A stretch of DNA of 64,000 nucleotides, taken from NCBI GenBank assembly GCA_965214095.1, contig OZ243938.1, forward strand, positions 544,001-608,000, in the 5' to 3' direction. The notes beneath the pieces were generated by a model. It ran no database searches and was not told where the DNA came from. It saw only the letters and a list, made by a program, of their open reading frames with translations. This document shows, in pieces, positions 28,512 through 38,756 of this stretch. The stretch is from Candidatus Poribacteria bacterium. Lineage in GTDB: Bacteria > Poribacteria > WGA-4E > WGA-3G. The number at the start of each line of letters is the position of its first letter. Positions within the stretch are counted from its first letter, which is position 1. The position numbers were made by a program, and so were the translations under genes.

Positions 28512-29812
28512 TCTACCTCCGATTGCCCAAATCTAAGTTTGTCTACGGCATCAAGATAACGACTCTCCGTTCTGAGATCCACCTCATCAAAATCTACAGG
28601 CCACTCACCGTAAGTGCCTGCTTCATCTAAATCAACGCTGTCAATCTTAGTAATACCATCTTTGTTACGTGAAAACCAGTGCAGCTTGACTAAATCTGGC
28701 GACAGTTTGCCTTCTGCAACGAGTGTTTGTATCCCCAATAGTAATAATGAACTGTGTGTTTCAGCAACAACCCGTACACCACGTTTTGCTGCATCAGCTA
28801 ACACTTGCGCTAACTTGACTTGTGCGTTAGGATGTAAATGAAGTTCCGGCTGTTCAATATAAACTAATTGACCTGGTTCTGCAGCTATCAGTGCCACTAC
28901 AACAGGTAGAACTTGTGAAATTCCGAATCCTACATCAACAATATTAACCATGTCTACGTCACTCATGTTGCGGCGAGTCAGGCGACTAACCTGAATTTCA
29001 ACACCAACATCACCGATCTTTTTTGCACTGACTCGTCCTGTCAATTCAAGAGTATAAAGTGAATCTAACAACGTTCTTAAGCGTTTATCTCCGGTTTCCT
29101 GCCATTCGTGGATAATGCTTGCCATATAGTGTTCAAACGTGCCGTGATACCGTGGCCCTGTACTACTTAGTTTGTATAAACGTTCAGGATTTCCACGTAA
29201 TCCAAGTAGGTGAATGGTATCGCTGATGTATTGGCCAAAACCAGAGGTGGCTTCATAGAATTTATTGCTATCAAGCGATCCAATATACAAGAAACAACGT
29301 GATCGCTTCACTATATTATAACCATTAATAGACGAATCTTGATTGACTAATAACTTGATTTCATCAGGAGACATGCCTGGATGCAAAGTAAAATTTTGAG
29401 GAAAAGATGATTGATCAATCTCAAAATTAGTTTTCTTGCTCATTTCAACAATTTCAATCCCATTTTTCCGTTTTCTGAAGGTCGTTCCGATAGAGATAAA
29501 CATTTCAGAAACACAAGTCTCTACCTGAACCTGAAATTGATCTGTCTGTGTTTCATTCTTTAGTTTTGACAAAAATTGTTCTGCAAAAGTAAACCGGACG
29601 TTTGGTCCATCAATCAACAAAGGTCCAGGATCATACGGTGCCTCCAATGTCTGCTTTAACATCAATAACGGCTGCATTATACTGGATTTTCCAGAACTAT
29701 TGGCACCAACAAGAATCGTTAAGGGGAGGATGTCAATTTGACATTCTTCCACAATTGATTTAAAACCTTTTACAGATATCTTGGTTATGCCTTTATCTCT
29801 TTTACTCAACAT
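28508..29812 (-). CDS. ABC-type ATPase (AAA_21/DUF3696-like)
   Basis: GFKS, Walker A GANSSGKS, VGFGISQVLP, EQPELHLHP and ETHS motifs. Confidence 0.9.
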   Translation of the reverse strand: MLSKRDKGITKISVKGFKSIVEECQIDILPLTILVGANSSGKSSIMQPLLMLKQTLEAPYDPGPLLIDGPNVRFTFAEQFLSKLKNETQTDQFQVQVETCVSEMFISIGTTFRKRKNGIEIVEMSKKTNFEIDQSSFPQNFTLHPGMSPDEIKLLVNQDSSINGYNIVKRSRCFLYIGSLDSNKFYEATSGFGQYISDTIHLLGLRGNPERLYKLSSTGPRYHGTFEHYMASIIHEWQETGDKRLRTLLDSLYTLELTGRVSAKKIGDVGVEIQVSRLTRRNMSDVDMVNIVDVGFGISQVLPVVVALIAAEPGQLVYIEQPELHLHPNAQVKLAQVLADAAKRGVRVVAETHSSLLLLGIQTLVAEGKLSPDLVKLHWFSRNKDGITKIDSVDLDEAGTYGEWPVDFDEVDLRTESRYLDAVDKLRFGQSEVE

Positions 29813-29980
29813 CCGATCCTACTCCTAATATCAATCTTATAAGTAATAGCTGCTATGTGTTTACTGATCTTTCTTCATTTATCTCAATCTCTATTACTTT
29901 TCTTGATACAACTTCCTGAGAATGTGCACCTCAATTATAGGGCATGTTGCACCGATCAGTCAAGTTTTTATATATCTGCC

Positions 29981-30168
29981 CACGGTTATTTAGTTTTCGG
30001 TTTTTCTGCTGTATTTTCACATTTCAATATAACCACCTGTAGGTCGGGTAGAGCTTGCGAAACCCGACACGTCTGGTATATGTCGGGTTTCGCAAGCTCT
30101 ACCCGACCTACGACATAAACTCTCAGTAACGTTCATCAACTGAAAATTATTAGAACTAAATAACCCTG
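29981..30168. mobile_element. MITE-like element containing a REPIN
   Basis: Perfect 12-bp TIR GGTTATTTAGTT (29984) / AACTAAATAACC (30165). Long inverted REP pair at 30039-30111. Confidence 0.7.
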
Positions 30169-30364
30169 ATATGTGTCAAGAATGGCACAAGTGTTTGGAG
30201 ATTTTAGGAATAGAAAAACGATTGATACAACTTGTGCAAGTTCAAAATAATTTTTCCTTGACTAATTTTGTAAATCTGTTATATTAATATCATAAATCAT
30301 TTCAGTAAGCACATCATCATTACTGGCAGATTTTCATTATTATACCTGAGGAGGAACTACTAAG

Positions 30365-31768
30365 ATGACCCGTTTTTTACCCGGTTTCGTTCAAAAAATA
30401 GATCGGAACCACATTATCATACTCTTACTTGGCATACTACTCATACCGAATATCGGTTGTTTAGGCGGCGTTAGCCTCGTGCCGTTGAGTGCGAAAATTC
30501 AGAATGCTGATAATACCTTTGAACAAGCAGAAGCTGTTTCAACACGATCAGATGATGCAAGTGAAAAAGAAAAAGCAGTAGCGAAACAGAAAAAACTATA
30601 CGATTCAGCATTATCACACTATCTTGAAATAATTGAAAAAGATGTTAAAGGGAAATATGCACAACGCTCCCACTATCAGATAGCAAAAATATACAAGAAA
30701 TACTATGAGTGGGATAAGGCGAATGAGCACTATCAAGCAATCGTTGATCTTGCACCGACCGGATATTATGCTAGTGAAGCAAAAACTGGTATTGCGAACA
30801 TTCGTAAGAACCGTGCATTAATACAGACCGAATTGGCAAATTACCAGAACTATAAAGCTTTATATGACACCGAACCCTCTCAAGAATCTTATGATATTGC
30901 TGCTGAATCTTTATACAAGGTCGGTCAATCGTACGAAGCTTTAGAAAACTATACAGAAGCGATCATTACTTATGAGAGATTAGTTTCTGAGTTTCCAGAA
31001 CACGAAAAAGCAGTACAAGCACAATTACGAGTTGGGAATATCTATTTTTATGATTTATATGATTATACCAATTCCGGTGGATGGGGGGCATTTGTTGCTG
31101 TTGCACAAAAATTCCCTGATACTTTTGAAGCACAAGAAGTTGTTAAAGACCTAAACCAAACTGAAAGCTTATTGAAAGAAATCAAAAATCTTCAGGATGA
31201 AATTCATCGGAACAAAAGTGTAAAGGCGAAGCAGTTTGAAGAAATGGGGAGATATGTACTACCCTCAGAGAAATACATTCAAGGTAAAGCTGATTTGATT
31301 GTACAGAATTACCAACAAATTGCACGAAATTGGGAGAAACTACGTAACTACCCGAATGCAATAGAAACAAATAAAGTGCTAATTGCTGATCTGTCTCATA
31401 AGAAATTTGCTGTTGCTGATGCTCTCTACAAAGTCGGGGTACTCTACCAACAAAACGGACAGTATGAACGTGCAATTGAAGCGTATGAAGACTTGCTTCA
31501 AAATGCACCAGAATCAATCTGGCGGAATGAAGCCGCCTATCAACAGGCAATTTGCTACCGCGCTATTCGTGAATTCCGTTCTGCCTACGAAGGTTTCAAG
31601 ACTTATATGAGCCTTACAAAAGGAGAAACTCCACATCAACGTGAGGCACAACAGATTATTCGGCAGTTTGAACTAGATCAAGACCAAGATGGATTTATGT
31701 TTTATGAAGAACAAGAGGAAGGCACTTCCGACCAGGACCCAAATTCTTATCCTGGAGCAGAAAAATAA
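30365..31768 (+). CDS. TPR-repeat protein, probable lipoprotein
   Basis: Hydrophobic N-terminus ending NIGC and multiple TPRs. Confidence 0.85.
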   Translation: MTRFLPGFVQKIDRNHIIILLLGILLIPNIGCLGGVSLVPLSAKIQNADNTFEQAEAVSTRSDDASEKEKAVAKQKKLYDSALSHYLEIIEKDVKGKYAQRSHYQIAKIYKKYYEWDKANEHYQAIVDLAPTGYYASEAKTGIANIRKNRALIQTELANYQNYKALYDTEPSQESYDIAAESLYKVGQSYEALENYTEAIITYERLVSEFPEHEKAVQAQLRVGNIYFYDLYDYTNSGGWGAFVAVAQKFPDTFEAQEVVKDLNQTESLLKEIKNLQDEIHRNKSVKAKQFEEMGRYVLPSEKYIQGKADLIVQNYQQIARNWEKLRNYPNAIETNKVLIADLSHKKFAVADALYKVGVLYQQNGQYERAIEAYEDLLQNAPESIWRNEAAYQQAICYRAIREFRSAYEGFKTYMSLTKGETPHQREAQQIIRQFELDQDQDGFMFYEEQEEGTSDQDPNSYPGAEK

Positions 31769-31828
31769 GAGTGGTTTGACACATAAGAAACAAGAATGTT
31801 AGTCAAACAAGTTCGTTAAATTATATGT

Positions 31829-31951
31829 TATAGTAATTGCAAAAATATGTGCCATAGGCATCAATTTAGGGGAATAACGCTATAATCCCACGCCGGTAGG
31901 TTCGGTTTCCGAACCTACCGTAGTGTGTAAATAATTGCGGTTTCTGCTATA
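31829..31951. mobile_element. TATAG-ended MITE with collapsed REP pair
   Basis: Right half matches the 138-bp family (CCGAACCTACCGTAGTGTGTAAATAATT). Confidence 0.65.
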
Positions 31952-31970
31952 ACATGACAATGAGACTTGT

Positions 31971-32792
31971 CTAAAGAAACAGTTTTACACGATCATGTTC
32001 AGAGGTAGGTAGTTGTTTGTACACCTCATGCCGTATTAACTCAGGTGTGTACCTACGAGAGAAGTGATTTAGGACGATATGATTGCTCTTAAATTGTTCC
32101 AATAGCGAGGGAATCATATCCAGATGTAAATGCTTTGTTTTCTTAGCACGGTCACGGTGATCTGGCGTTATAAACGTACATTCACATATAAGAAGTTTAC
32201 AGTGCTTAAGTAATGGATGTGCGTCAACGGAAAAACCGCGGGTATCACCCAAATAGGCAACCAATGGTAGTTGTACCTCGTTAGTTATTTCAACTCCTGA
32301 ATGCTTGAGTGCCACGATTTCTCTATCCGATAAATTGTGGTATTCAGGCTTTAGTTTTTTACGAATTTCGCAAATCAGGTAGGAGACAGATGGCACACTA
32401 TGGTTACCCGGTAAGATGTGGGCAACTAAATTCTGCCGAAACTGAATTGAACAACCAACATCAACCGGTGTGAGATGATAATTCCAACTTCTACCTCCAT
32501 CTAACATTGAGATTCTGTTGAGAATATTATGTAATTGCTTGAACCCGTCTGATGGAACGAAAATATTTCCCGGTGGCATATCAGCAAGCCAACGTTGACT
32601 AATATAAATCGGCAAACCAAAATAGTGGTCAAGATGAAAATGAGATATAAATACATGGTTCGTCCCAATAAAACGCATCGGACATCTACCTAAATCAAAT
32701 ATTAGGTCTAACTCTTTTATTCTTATATAAGTTGCAACAGCAGAACTGGATTTGCCTTCAAGCGTCCAATTTCCACATTGTAACATAGGCAT
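31971..32792 (-). CDS. Metallo-beta-lactamase-fold, RNase Z-like hydrolase
   Basis: SHFHLDH, GDT, ECTF and HFSRRY motifs. Confidence 0.85.
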   Translation of the reverse strand: MPMLQCGNWTLEGKSSSAVATYIRIKELDLIFDLGRCPMRFIGTNHVFISHFHLDHYFGLPIYISQRWLADMPPGNIFVPSDGFKQLHNILNRISMLDGGRSWNYHLTPVDVGCSIQFRQNLVAHILPGNHSVPSVSYLICEIRKKLKPEYHNLSDREIVALKHSGVEITNEVQLPLVAYLGDTRGFSVDAHPLLKHCKLLICECTFITPDHRDRAKKTKHLHLDMIPSLLEQFKSNHIVLNHFSRRYTPELIRHEVYKQLPTSEHDRVKLFL

Positions 32793-32811
32793 AGTAAATT
32801 ATTATTGCAAT

Positions 32812-32949
32812 TATAGTCAAATGTAAAAATACATGCACACTCCGCGGTAGATGCGGTTTCCTAACCGCATCTATGAGACTGAACAAACACCGGTTCGGTT
32901 AGGAAACCGAACCTACCGTAGTGTGTAAATAATTATGATTTTTACTATA
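32812..32949. mobile_element. 138-bp MITE/REPIN (inverted copy of 6415-6552)
   Basis: TATAGT...ACTATA ends, two inward-facing GTAG REPs, same length. Confidence 0.8.
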
Positions 32950-32978
32950 AAATTGCTTCCTTTGGAGTATAGTTATTT

Positions 32979-33842
32979 ATGCAGGTTAAAATAGGTATAA
33001 TAGGTGGCAGCGGATTCTATCAGATTGAAGGTCTAACCGAAATAGAAACCATTGATATTGATACGCCATTTGGTAAACCGAGTGATACTTTTATATACGG
33101 TAAACTTGATGAACAAACTGTTGTTTTTTTACCGAGACACGGTGTCGGTCATCCACTCCTTCCTTCAGATATTAATGTTCGCGCTAATATATATGCCTTG
33201 AAAACACTTGGAGTAGAATTTGTCATCTCTGTCAGTGCAGTTGGGAGTCTAAAACAGGAAATTGAACCGCGTCATTTTGTTGTTCCTGATCAACTTTACG
33301 ACCACACAAAAAACCGAATATCAACCTTCTTCGGAGATGGAGTAGCTGCGCATATCAGTATGGCACACCCATTCTGTTCGCACCTAAGCACACTTCTATA
33401 CAGTACTGCAACAGAAGAAGGCGCAACTGTTCATAATGGTGGCACCTACTTATGTATGGAAGGACCCGGGTTCTCTACACAAGCCGAATCAAATGTCTAC
33501 AGACAATTAGGTTGTGACATCATTGGAATGACGGCTGCACCAGAAGCTAAACTTGCACGCGAAGCAGAAATGTGCTATGCCATCCTTGCCTGCTCAACAG
33601 ACTATGATTGTTGGCATCCTGAACATGATAACGTAACAACTGAGATGATCCTGGACAATCTTCGATCCAATGTGGAATTATCCAAACAAATTGTGAAAAA
33701 TCTGGTATCAAAAATATCAATTGAACAACGTGAATGTACTTGTGGCAACGCCCTTCAATATGCTATCGCTACACAACCCGATAAGATACCACTCACTAAA
33801 CGCCATCAGTTAAAACTATTGTTGGATAAGTACCTCGTGTAA
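32979..33842 (+). CDS. mtnP: S-methyl-5'-thioadenosine phosphorylase
   Basis: GIIGGSG, PRHG, MEGP, GMT..PEAKLAREA and TDYDCW motifs. Confidence 0.93.
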   Translation: MQVKIGIIGGSGFYQIEGLTEIETIDIDTPFGKPSDTFIYGKLDEQTVVFLPRHGVGHPLLPSDINVRANIYALKTLGVEFVISVSAVGSLKQEIEPRHFVVPDQLYDHTKNRISTFFGDGVAAHISMAHPFCSHLSTLLYSTATEEGATVHNGGTYLCMEGPGFSTQAESNVYRQLGCDIIGMTAAPEAKLAREAEMCYAILACSTDYDCWHPEHDNVTTEMILDNLRSNVELSKQIVKNLVSKISIEQRECTCGNALQYAIATQPDKIPLTKRHQLKLLLDKYLV

Positions 33843-35162
33843 TGTGTTGTAGATTGTATCTGCCTCCGCTTCAGTGAGAATAAGTGGTGGTGCGATATAG
33901 ATGATATTCTCTGGTTCATCAACGGCATGACCAATTTTGCCAACAATCACACCTTTTTTTCTTAATCGTGCTACAATACTATTGGTCACTTCAGTTTCAA
34001 GGTGCACACCGTTGTCTTTGATGAATTCCACAGCAAGCATCAATCCCTTACCACGAACATCACCAACAATTTGCAAATCCTTTAATGTCATTAGTTTTTC
34101 AAGAAGATAACTACCTACCTTTTCTGCATTTTCACTAAGTCGTTCAGATTGCAAGATTTTCAAATTCGCGACACCCGCGGCACATGCTACAGGGTGTCCA
34201 CCATAAGTACAAACCTGCGAAAACTCAAGATTATCATCTGGCTCCCCAAGAAATGTGTTGAAGACAGACGTTGACGTAACACATGCTCCAAGTGGAATAT
34301 AGCCACTTGTCAATCCCTTAGCCAAGGTGATGATGTCAGGTTGTACATCCCAATGCTCACAAGCAAACATTTTGCCAGTCCGTCCAAATCCCGTAATCAC
34401 TTCATCAAGAATAAGTAATAAACCGTAATCGTCACAGATTTTTCTCAATTTTGGAAAATAATCGTCGGGTGGAACAATCACTCCACCACCACCGATAATG
34501 GGTTCAGCAATAACAGCGACTACCGTTTCTGGTCCTTCTGACTGTATTATACGTTCAATATCATTGACACATTCAATATTACATGATGACGGCTCTAAAC
34601 CGAGTGGACACCGATAACAGTATGGTGGATGCGCGTGATGAAATCCAGGGGCTAACGGTTCAAATGCTTTCCGTCTACGGGCTTGTCCCGTTGCTGACAT
34701 CGCACCATAGGTAAATCCGTGGTACCCTCTATACCTGCTAATAATCTTGTACCGGTTTTCTCGGGGATAGGTTTGTCTGCCATACTGCCGTGCAATCTTT
34801 ATAGCGGTTTCATTTGCTTCCGACCCACTGTTACAGAAGTAGACATGGTTCAAATCACCTGGAAGACAATTTGCTAACTGTTCTGCTAACTCAGTTGCAG
34901 GAACATTTATCTGTGAGTGTGGATAGTAAGGAAGTTGCTGTATTTGTTCATAAACCGCATCTGCAATTTCTTGCCTCCCATAGCCTACGTTTACATTCCA
35001 CAAAGCAGAATATGCATCTAAATATTCCCGTCCATCAATATCTACAAGTGTAGTGCCGTGTGCTGATTTGAAAACTATCAGATCCGTCTCGTCAAGACGT
35101 TGGTGTTGAAACAGTGGATGCCAAACGTGGGATTTGTCTGTTTCTCTATAATTTGATTCCAT
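33816..35162 (-). CDS. Class III PLP aminotransferase
   Basis: [21 protein letters not shown] and AKGLTSGY motifs. Likely ATG at 35162. Confidence 0.92.
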   Translation of the reverse strand: MESNYRETDKSHVWHPLFQHQRLDETDLIVFKSAHGTTLVDIDGREYLDAYSALWNVNVGYGRQEIADAVYEQIQQLPYYPHSQINVPATELAEQLANCLPGDLNHVYFCNSGSEANETAIKIARQYGRQTYPRENRYKIISRYRGYHGFTYGAMSATGQARRRKAFEPLAPGFHHAHPPYCYRCPLGLEPSSCNIECVNDIERIIQSEGPETVVAVIAEPIIGGGGVIVPPDDYFPKLRKICDDYGLLLILDEVITGFGRTGKMFACEHWDVQPDIITLAKGLTSGYIPLGACVTSTSVFNTFLGEPDDNLEFSQVCTYGGHPVACAAGVANLKILQSERLSENAEKVGSYLLEKLMTLKDLQIVGDVRGKGLMLAVEFIKDNGVHLETEVTNSIVARLRKKGVIVGKIGHAVDEPENIIYIAPPLILTEAEADTIYNTLHEVLIQQ

Positions 35163-35184
35163 GACTAAAATTCTCCGTGATAAA

Positions 35185-36894
35185 CTACATAACTTCTGGG
35201 GCTGATATACCCAACAAGTCCAATCCATTTGCTAAAACCGTTTGTACACAACGAACAAGGGTAAGCCTTGCATTCGTCCGTTCCAAACTGTTTGCATCTA
35301 AAACACGATGTTGGTTATAGTAAGGATGAAACAGGCCTGCTAATTCATGAAGATAATGCGGAATACGGTGTGCTTCACGCTCCTCAGCACTGAAAAGAAC
35401 AATAGATGGAAAGTCTGCTAACTTCCGAATTATCTCATGTTCTGAGGGTTCAGAAAGCATCTGCAAGTTTATTTCTTCTATAGGTTTCAACTGTATCTCT
35501 TGTTCAGCTGCTTGTTGGAAAATACTACAACATCGCGCATGTGCATACTGGATATAAAATACAGGATTTTCATTCGCTTGTGTAACAGCTAATTCAAGAT
35601 TGAAATCAAGGTGTGTGTTGTTTGCACGCATAAGGAAAAAATAACGCGCAACATCAACCGCGAATTGTTCGCCAATAGCATCCGATAACTCGTCAATCAA
35701 AGCATCAAGGGTCAAAAATTGTCCTTGACGTTTAGACATATCCTTACGATTGCCTTCAGAATCAACCAGATTGACCTGTTGGATAATGTCTGCCTCTAAC
35801 CAATCATCCTCAAATCCGAGTGCTTTGACAAAGTTCTTTAATCGCATGACATGTCCTTGGTGGTCAGGACCCAGCAAATCTATAACTTTGTCAAATCCAC
35901 GCTCATATTTGTCACGATGATACGCTGCATCTGGAACAAAATAGGTGTATTCACCGTTTGAACGAATCACAACACAATCTTTTTCGTCTCCAAAATCTGT
36001 CATTCGAAACCAAGTTGCACCATCTGCCTCATATAGGTAATTCTTTTCACGAAAGAAGTCAATAATTTCGTCAGGCTTTCCACTCTCACGAATGACCTTT
36101 TCACTTGACCAAACATCAAAACTGACCCCAAACCGTTCCAATGATTCTTTTTGCTGTCCAAGTAGATATTCTATTCCCTTATCTCTGAATAATTCTATCC
36201 GTTCATTTGGTGCAAAATTGAGATATTTATCACCTTCGTCAGCAACGATAGATTCTGCAAATTCCTGTAAGTATTCACCTTGATATCCACCTTCAGGTAT
36301 TTCCAGATCGGTTTCACCCAGTGATTGTCGATAGCGTATGTCTATGGATTCTCCGAGCCTTTCCACTTGTCCACCTGCATCGTTCACGTAATATTCTCGG
36401 ATTGCGTCATAACCGATAGCATTTAATAAGTTGACAAGTGTATCACCTACAGCTGCTGCACGACCACTGACAATGTTTAATGGACCCGTTGGATTAGCAC
36501 TGACGAACTCAATTTGAATTCGCTTCCCTTTACCATTGTCTATTCTACCGTAATTGTCATTTTGTGATATTATTGCCCTGATCGTATCAAACAACCATTC
36601 ATGTGAAAGATAGACATTAATAAAACCCGGTCCCGCAATCTCAACCTTGCGAATACTCGGGTGTTCATTTTGATTGACATGCTTTACAATTGTATCTGCA
36701 ATTAACCGTGGTGCCATCTTTGCTTGTTTTGCCAACCCTAAAGCAATTGGCGTAGCAATATCCCCATGTTCAGGGGTCTTGGTTGGTGAAAACGGGATTT
36801 CAGGCACTTCAGATATTGGCAACTCTCCTGTCTCTATTGCAGCACGAATTGCAGATTCTAATATGTCGTAAATGTCTGATTTTATTTCATCCAT
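35185..36894 (-). CDS. argS: Arginyl-tRNA synthetase
   Basis: GPGFIN, EFVSANPTGPL, MSKR and YIQYAHAR motifs. Confidence 0.96.
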   Translation of the reverse strand: MDEIKSDIYDILESAIRAAIETGELPISEVPEIPFSPTKTPEHGDIATPIALGLAKQAKMAPRLIADTIVKHVNQNEHPSIRKVEIAGPGFINVYLSHEWLFDTIRAIISQNDNYGRIDNGKGKRIQIEFVSANPTGPLNIVSGRAAAVGDTLVNLLNAIGYDAIREYYVNDAGGQVERLGESIDIRYRQSLGETDLEIPEGGYQGEYLQEFAESIVADEGDKYLNFAPNERIELFRDKGIEYLLGQQKESLERFGVSFDVWSSEKVIRESGKPDEIIDFFREKNYLYEADGATWFRMTDFGDEKDCVVIRSNGEYTYFVPDAAYHRDKYERGFDKVIDLLGPDHQGHVMRLKNFVKALGFEDDWLEADIIQQVNLVDSEGNRKDMSKRQGQFLTLDALIDELSDAIGEQFAVDVARYFFLMRANNTHLDFNLELAVTQANENPVFYIQYAHARCCSIFQQAAEQEIQLKPIEEINLQMLSEPSEHEIIRKLADFPSIVLFSAEEREAHRIPHYLHELAGLFHPYYNQHRVLDANSLERTNARLTLVRCVQTVLANGLDLLGISAPEVM

Positions 36895-36956
36895 ATTTAA
36901 AAACAGATACTTAATCTATAATTTCCTTTTATACGTCAAAATATTTCAATCAACGA

Positions 36957-36985
36957 ATTATAACACAATAGATGTGTCAAGTCAA
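36957..36985 (-). promoter_or_regulatory. Sigma70-like promoter for argS
   Basis: Minus strand TTGACT-17 nt-TATAAT. Confidence 0.65.
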
Positions 36986-37002
36986 CTTTCATTGATTTTT
37001 TG

Positions 37003-37061
37003 CAGAGTTATTTAGTTTTAGGTATTTCTTGCGTTTTTTTCACAAATGCTAAATGCCCCTG
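37003..37061. mobile_element. Short remnant related to the 29981-30168 element, without REP cargo
   Basis: CAGAGTTATTTAGTTTT...CTAAATGCCCCTG. Confidence 0.4.
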
Positions 37062-37157
37062 ATAACCATGTTATATTCTTGCGATAATTACACGGTTGTG
37101 CTAATATCACTATACGGTTAAATAAACTACAAACATTATGAATTTAAGGAGTATTAA

Positions 37158-37580
37158 ATGGCAGTATTTTTACATACACGCGTTCGCGTCAGCGACCTTG
37201 ACAATTCAATAAAATGGTATTGTGATCATCTGGGTTTCAAAGTGTTGAGCCGGAGTGACAAATCACCCGCAGGCAATCAAATTGTTCATCTTGAACTTCC
37301 AGGAAATGCACACACATTAGAGTTAACCTATTCACCCGATTTTGACCTTCAGGTGCAGGAAGACCTGATGCACTTTGCAATTGGAGTCCCCGATATTGTC
37401 GAATTTTGCGACGGTTTGGAGAAGGCAGGATTAGAAATATGGCCCGATGAATGGCGTAAACAATTTACATCGGGTGGCATGAAGATGGCATTTATCACCG
37501 ATCCTGATGGATATGAAGTAGAACTTTTGGAACGTAAAGATACTTCAGGAGATCCGCTTGATGTCCTTGAAGAATCCTAA
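37158..37580 (+). CDS. VOC/glyoxalase family protein
   Basis: HTRVRV, LELT, HFAI and DPDGYEVEL motifs. Confidence 0.9.
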   Translation: MAVFLHTRVRVSDLDNSIKWYCDHLGFKVLSRSDKSPAGNQIVHLELPGNAHTLELTYSPDFDLQVQEDLMHFAIGVPDIVEFCDGLEKAGLEIWPDEWRKQFTSGGMKMAFITDPDGYEVELLERKDTSGDPLDVLEES

Positions 37581-37660
37581 ACGGATGTGTTGATTTTTGT
37601 TGTAGTAGGCGCGGTTTCAGATCGCGCCCTAAATACTATTTCAAAACTTTACCATTTTAG

Positions 37661-37794
37661 AATGAGACCTCTGTAGTCGCGCAATTCATTGCGCCTCTTA
37701 CATTTCTTATCAAAATAGAAGTCATTTAATGAGACCTCTGTAGTCGCGCAATTCATTGCGTCTCTTACATTTCTTATCAAAATAGAAGTCATTT
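37661..37794. repeat. Tandem 67-bp duplication containing a GTAG REP
   Basis: Two near-identical units at 37661 and 37728. The core matches 6383-6415. Confidence 0.9.
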
Positions 37795-37809
37795 GTGGAA
37801 ATGATATAA

Positions 37810-38625
37810 TTACACATAGGACCAGAATTGATCCCATGCAGTCATCCAATCTTCTGCGCGGCTTTCTGCAGTGACAGGTCCTGTTATCTCAATGCCATGT
37901 CGTCCTTTGAAGTCAGCAAGTTTGTCCACACTTGACACTTCAATCTTGATTGTTGTCGGTTTGTCCGGCACATAAGGTTTAATGTTCGTAAGATCTGAAA
38001 GTGCTTCCTTGGATGCCTTTTCAATCATCTCACGAGCGCGAACGGGTGGGATTTGTCTGGCACTGTATCGACTGAGTCCCTTTTTCACAGCAACTGTCGG
38101 TAAACCCTCACCAAGGAGTTCTTTGGCTTCTCTGCAAACCGCTGTGTCACCTGTAACCAATGCAATCGGTACACCATAGTGTCCGTTAAGTGCAGCGTTG
38201 ACACCGGTTTCACCGACAAGATCAGCGTTAAACCATAAGTTACGATATCGTACCGAAGAAATAGTATGACACAGGACACCATCGGGAGTGTTGTTACGGG
38301 CATGCATACCGATAAGCAAACAGGCATCACACCCATCTTTCCACATATCATCAAAACGTCCCCAACCGTGATGTGCAACCCATTCACAGTCTGGATCAAT
38401 CTTTTCTGGAATAAGCGAATTAAATGTCCACCCTTTTCCTGCCCCGTGGCAATCAACGACGACAATCTCCGTAGCACCCGCCGCTTTAGCACCGCGTACC
38501 GCAGCATTTATCTCTTCAGTGTAGAGAAGTCTACCCTCTTCAAACATAGCAGCACCACCCTCAACCTGGTCCCACACAACAATACCGCTGACACCCTCCA
38601 TGTCAGACATAATCAATACTCGCAC
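37810..38625 (-). CDS. M55 family D-aminopeptidase (DppA-like)
   Basis: SDMEG, DCHG, GMHA, LCHT and TGD motifs. Confidence 0.92.
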   Translation of the reverse strand: MRVLIMSDMEGVSGIVVWDQVEGGAAMFEEGRLLYTEEINAAVRGAKAAGATEIVVVDCHGAGKGWTFNSLIPEKIDPDCEWVAHHGWGRFDDMWKDGCDACLLIGMHARNNTPDGVLCHTISSVRYRNLWFNADLVGETGVNAALNGHYGVPIALVTGDTAVCREAKELLGEGLPTVAVKKGLSRYSARQIPPVRAREMIEKASKEALSDLTNIKPYVPDKPTTIKIEVSSVDKLADFKGRHGIEITGPVTAESRAEDWMTAWDQFWSYV

Positions 38626-38756
38626 TTGTTATTTCCTCTCTTCTACAATACTATATTTGTTATTGAGTATAAATCAGTTAGTGATATAAAGCAAGCGTAA
38701 ATTGGAGAGATGCCACAGTGAAAAGGATTTATAATTGTTGGAAAACAAGGAAATGA

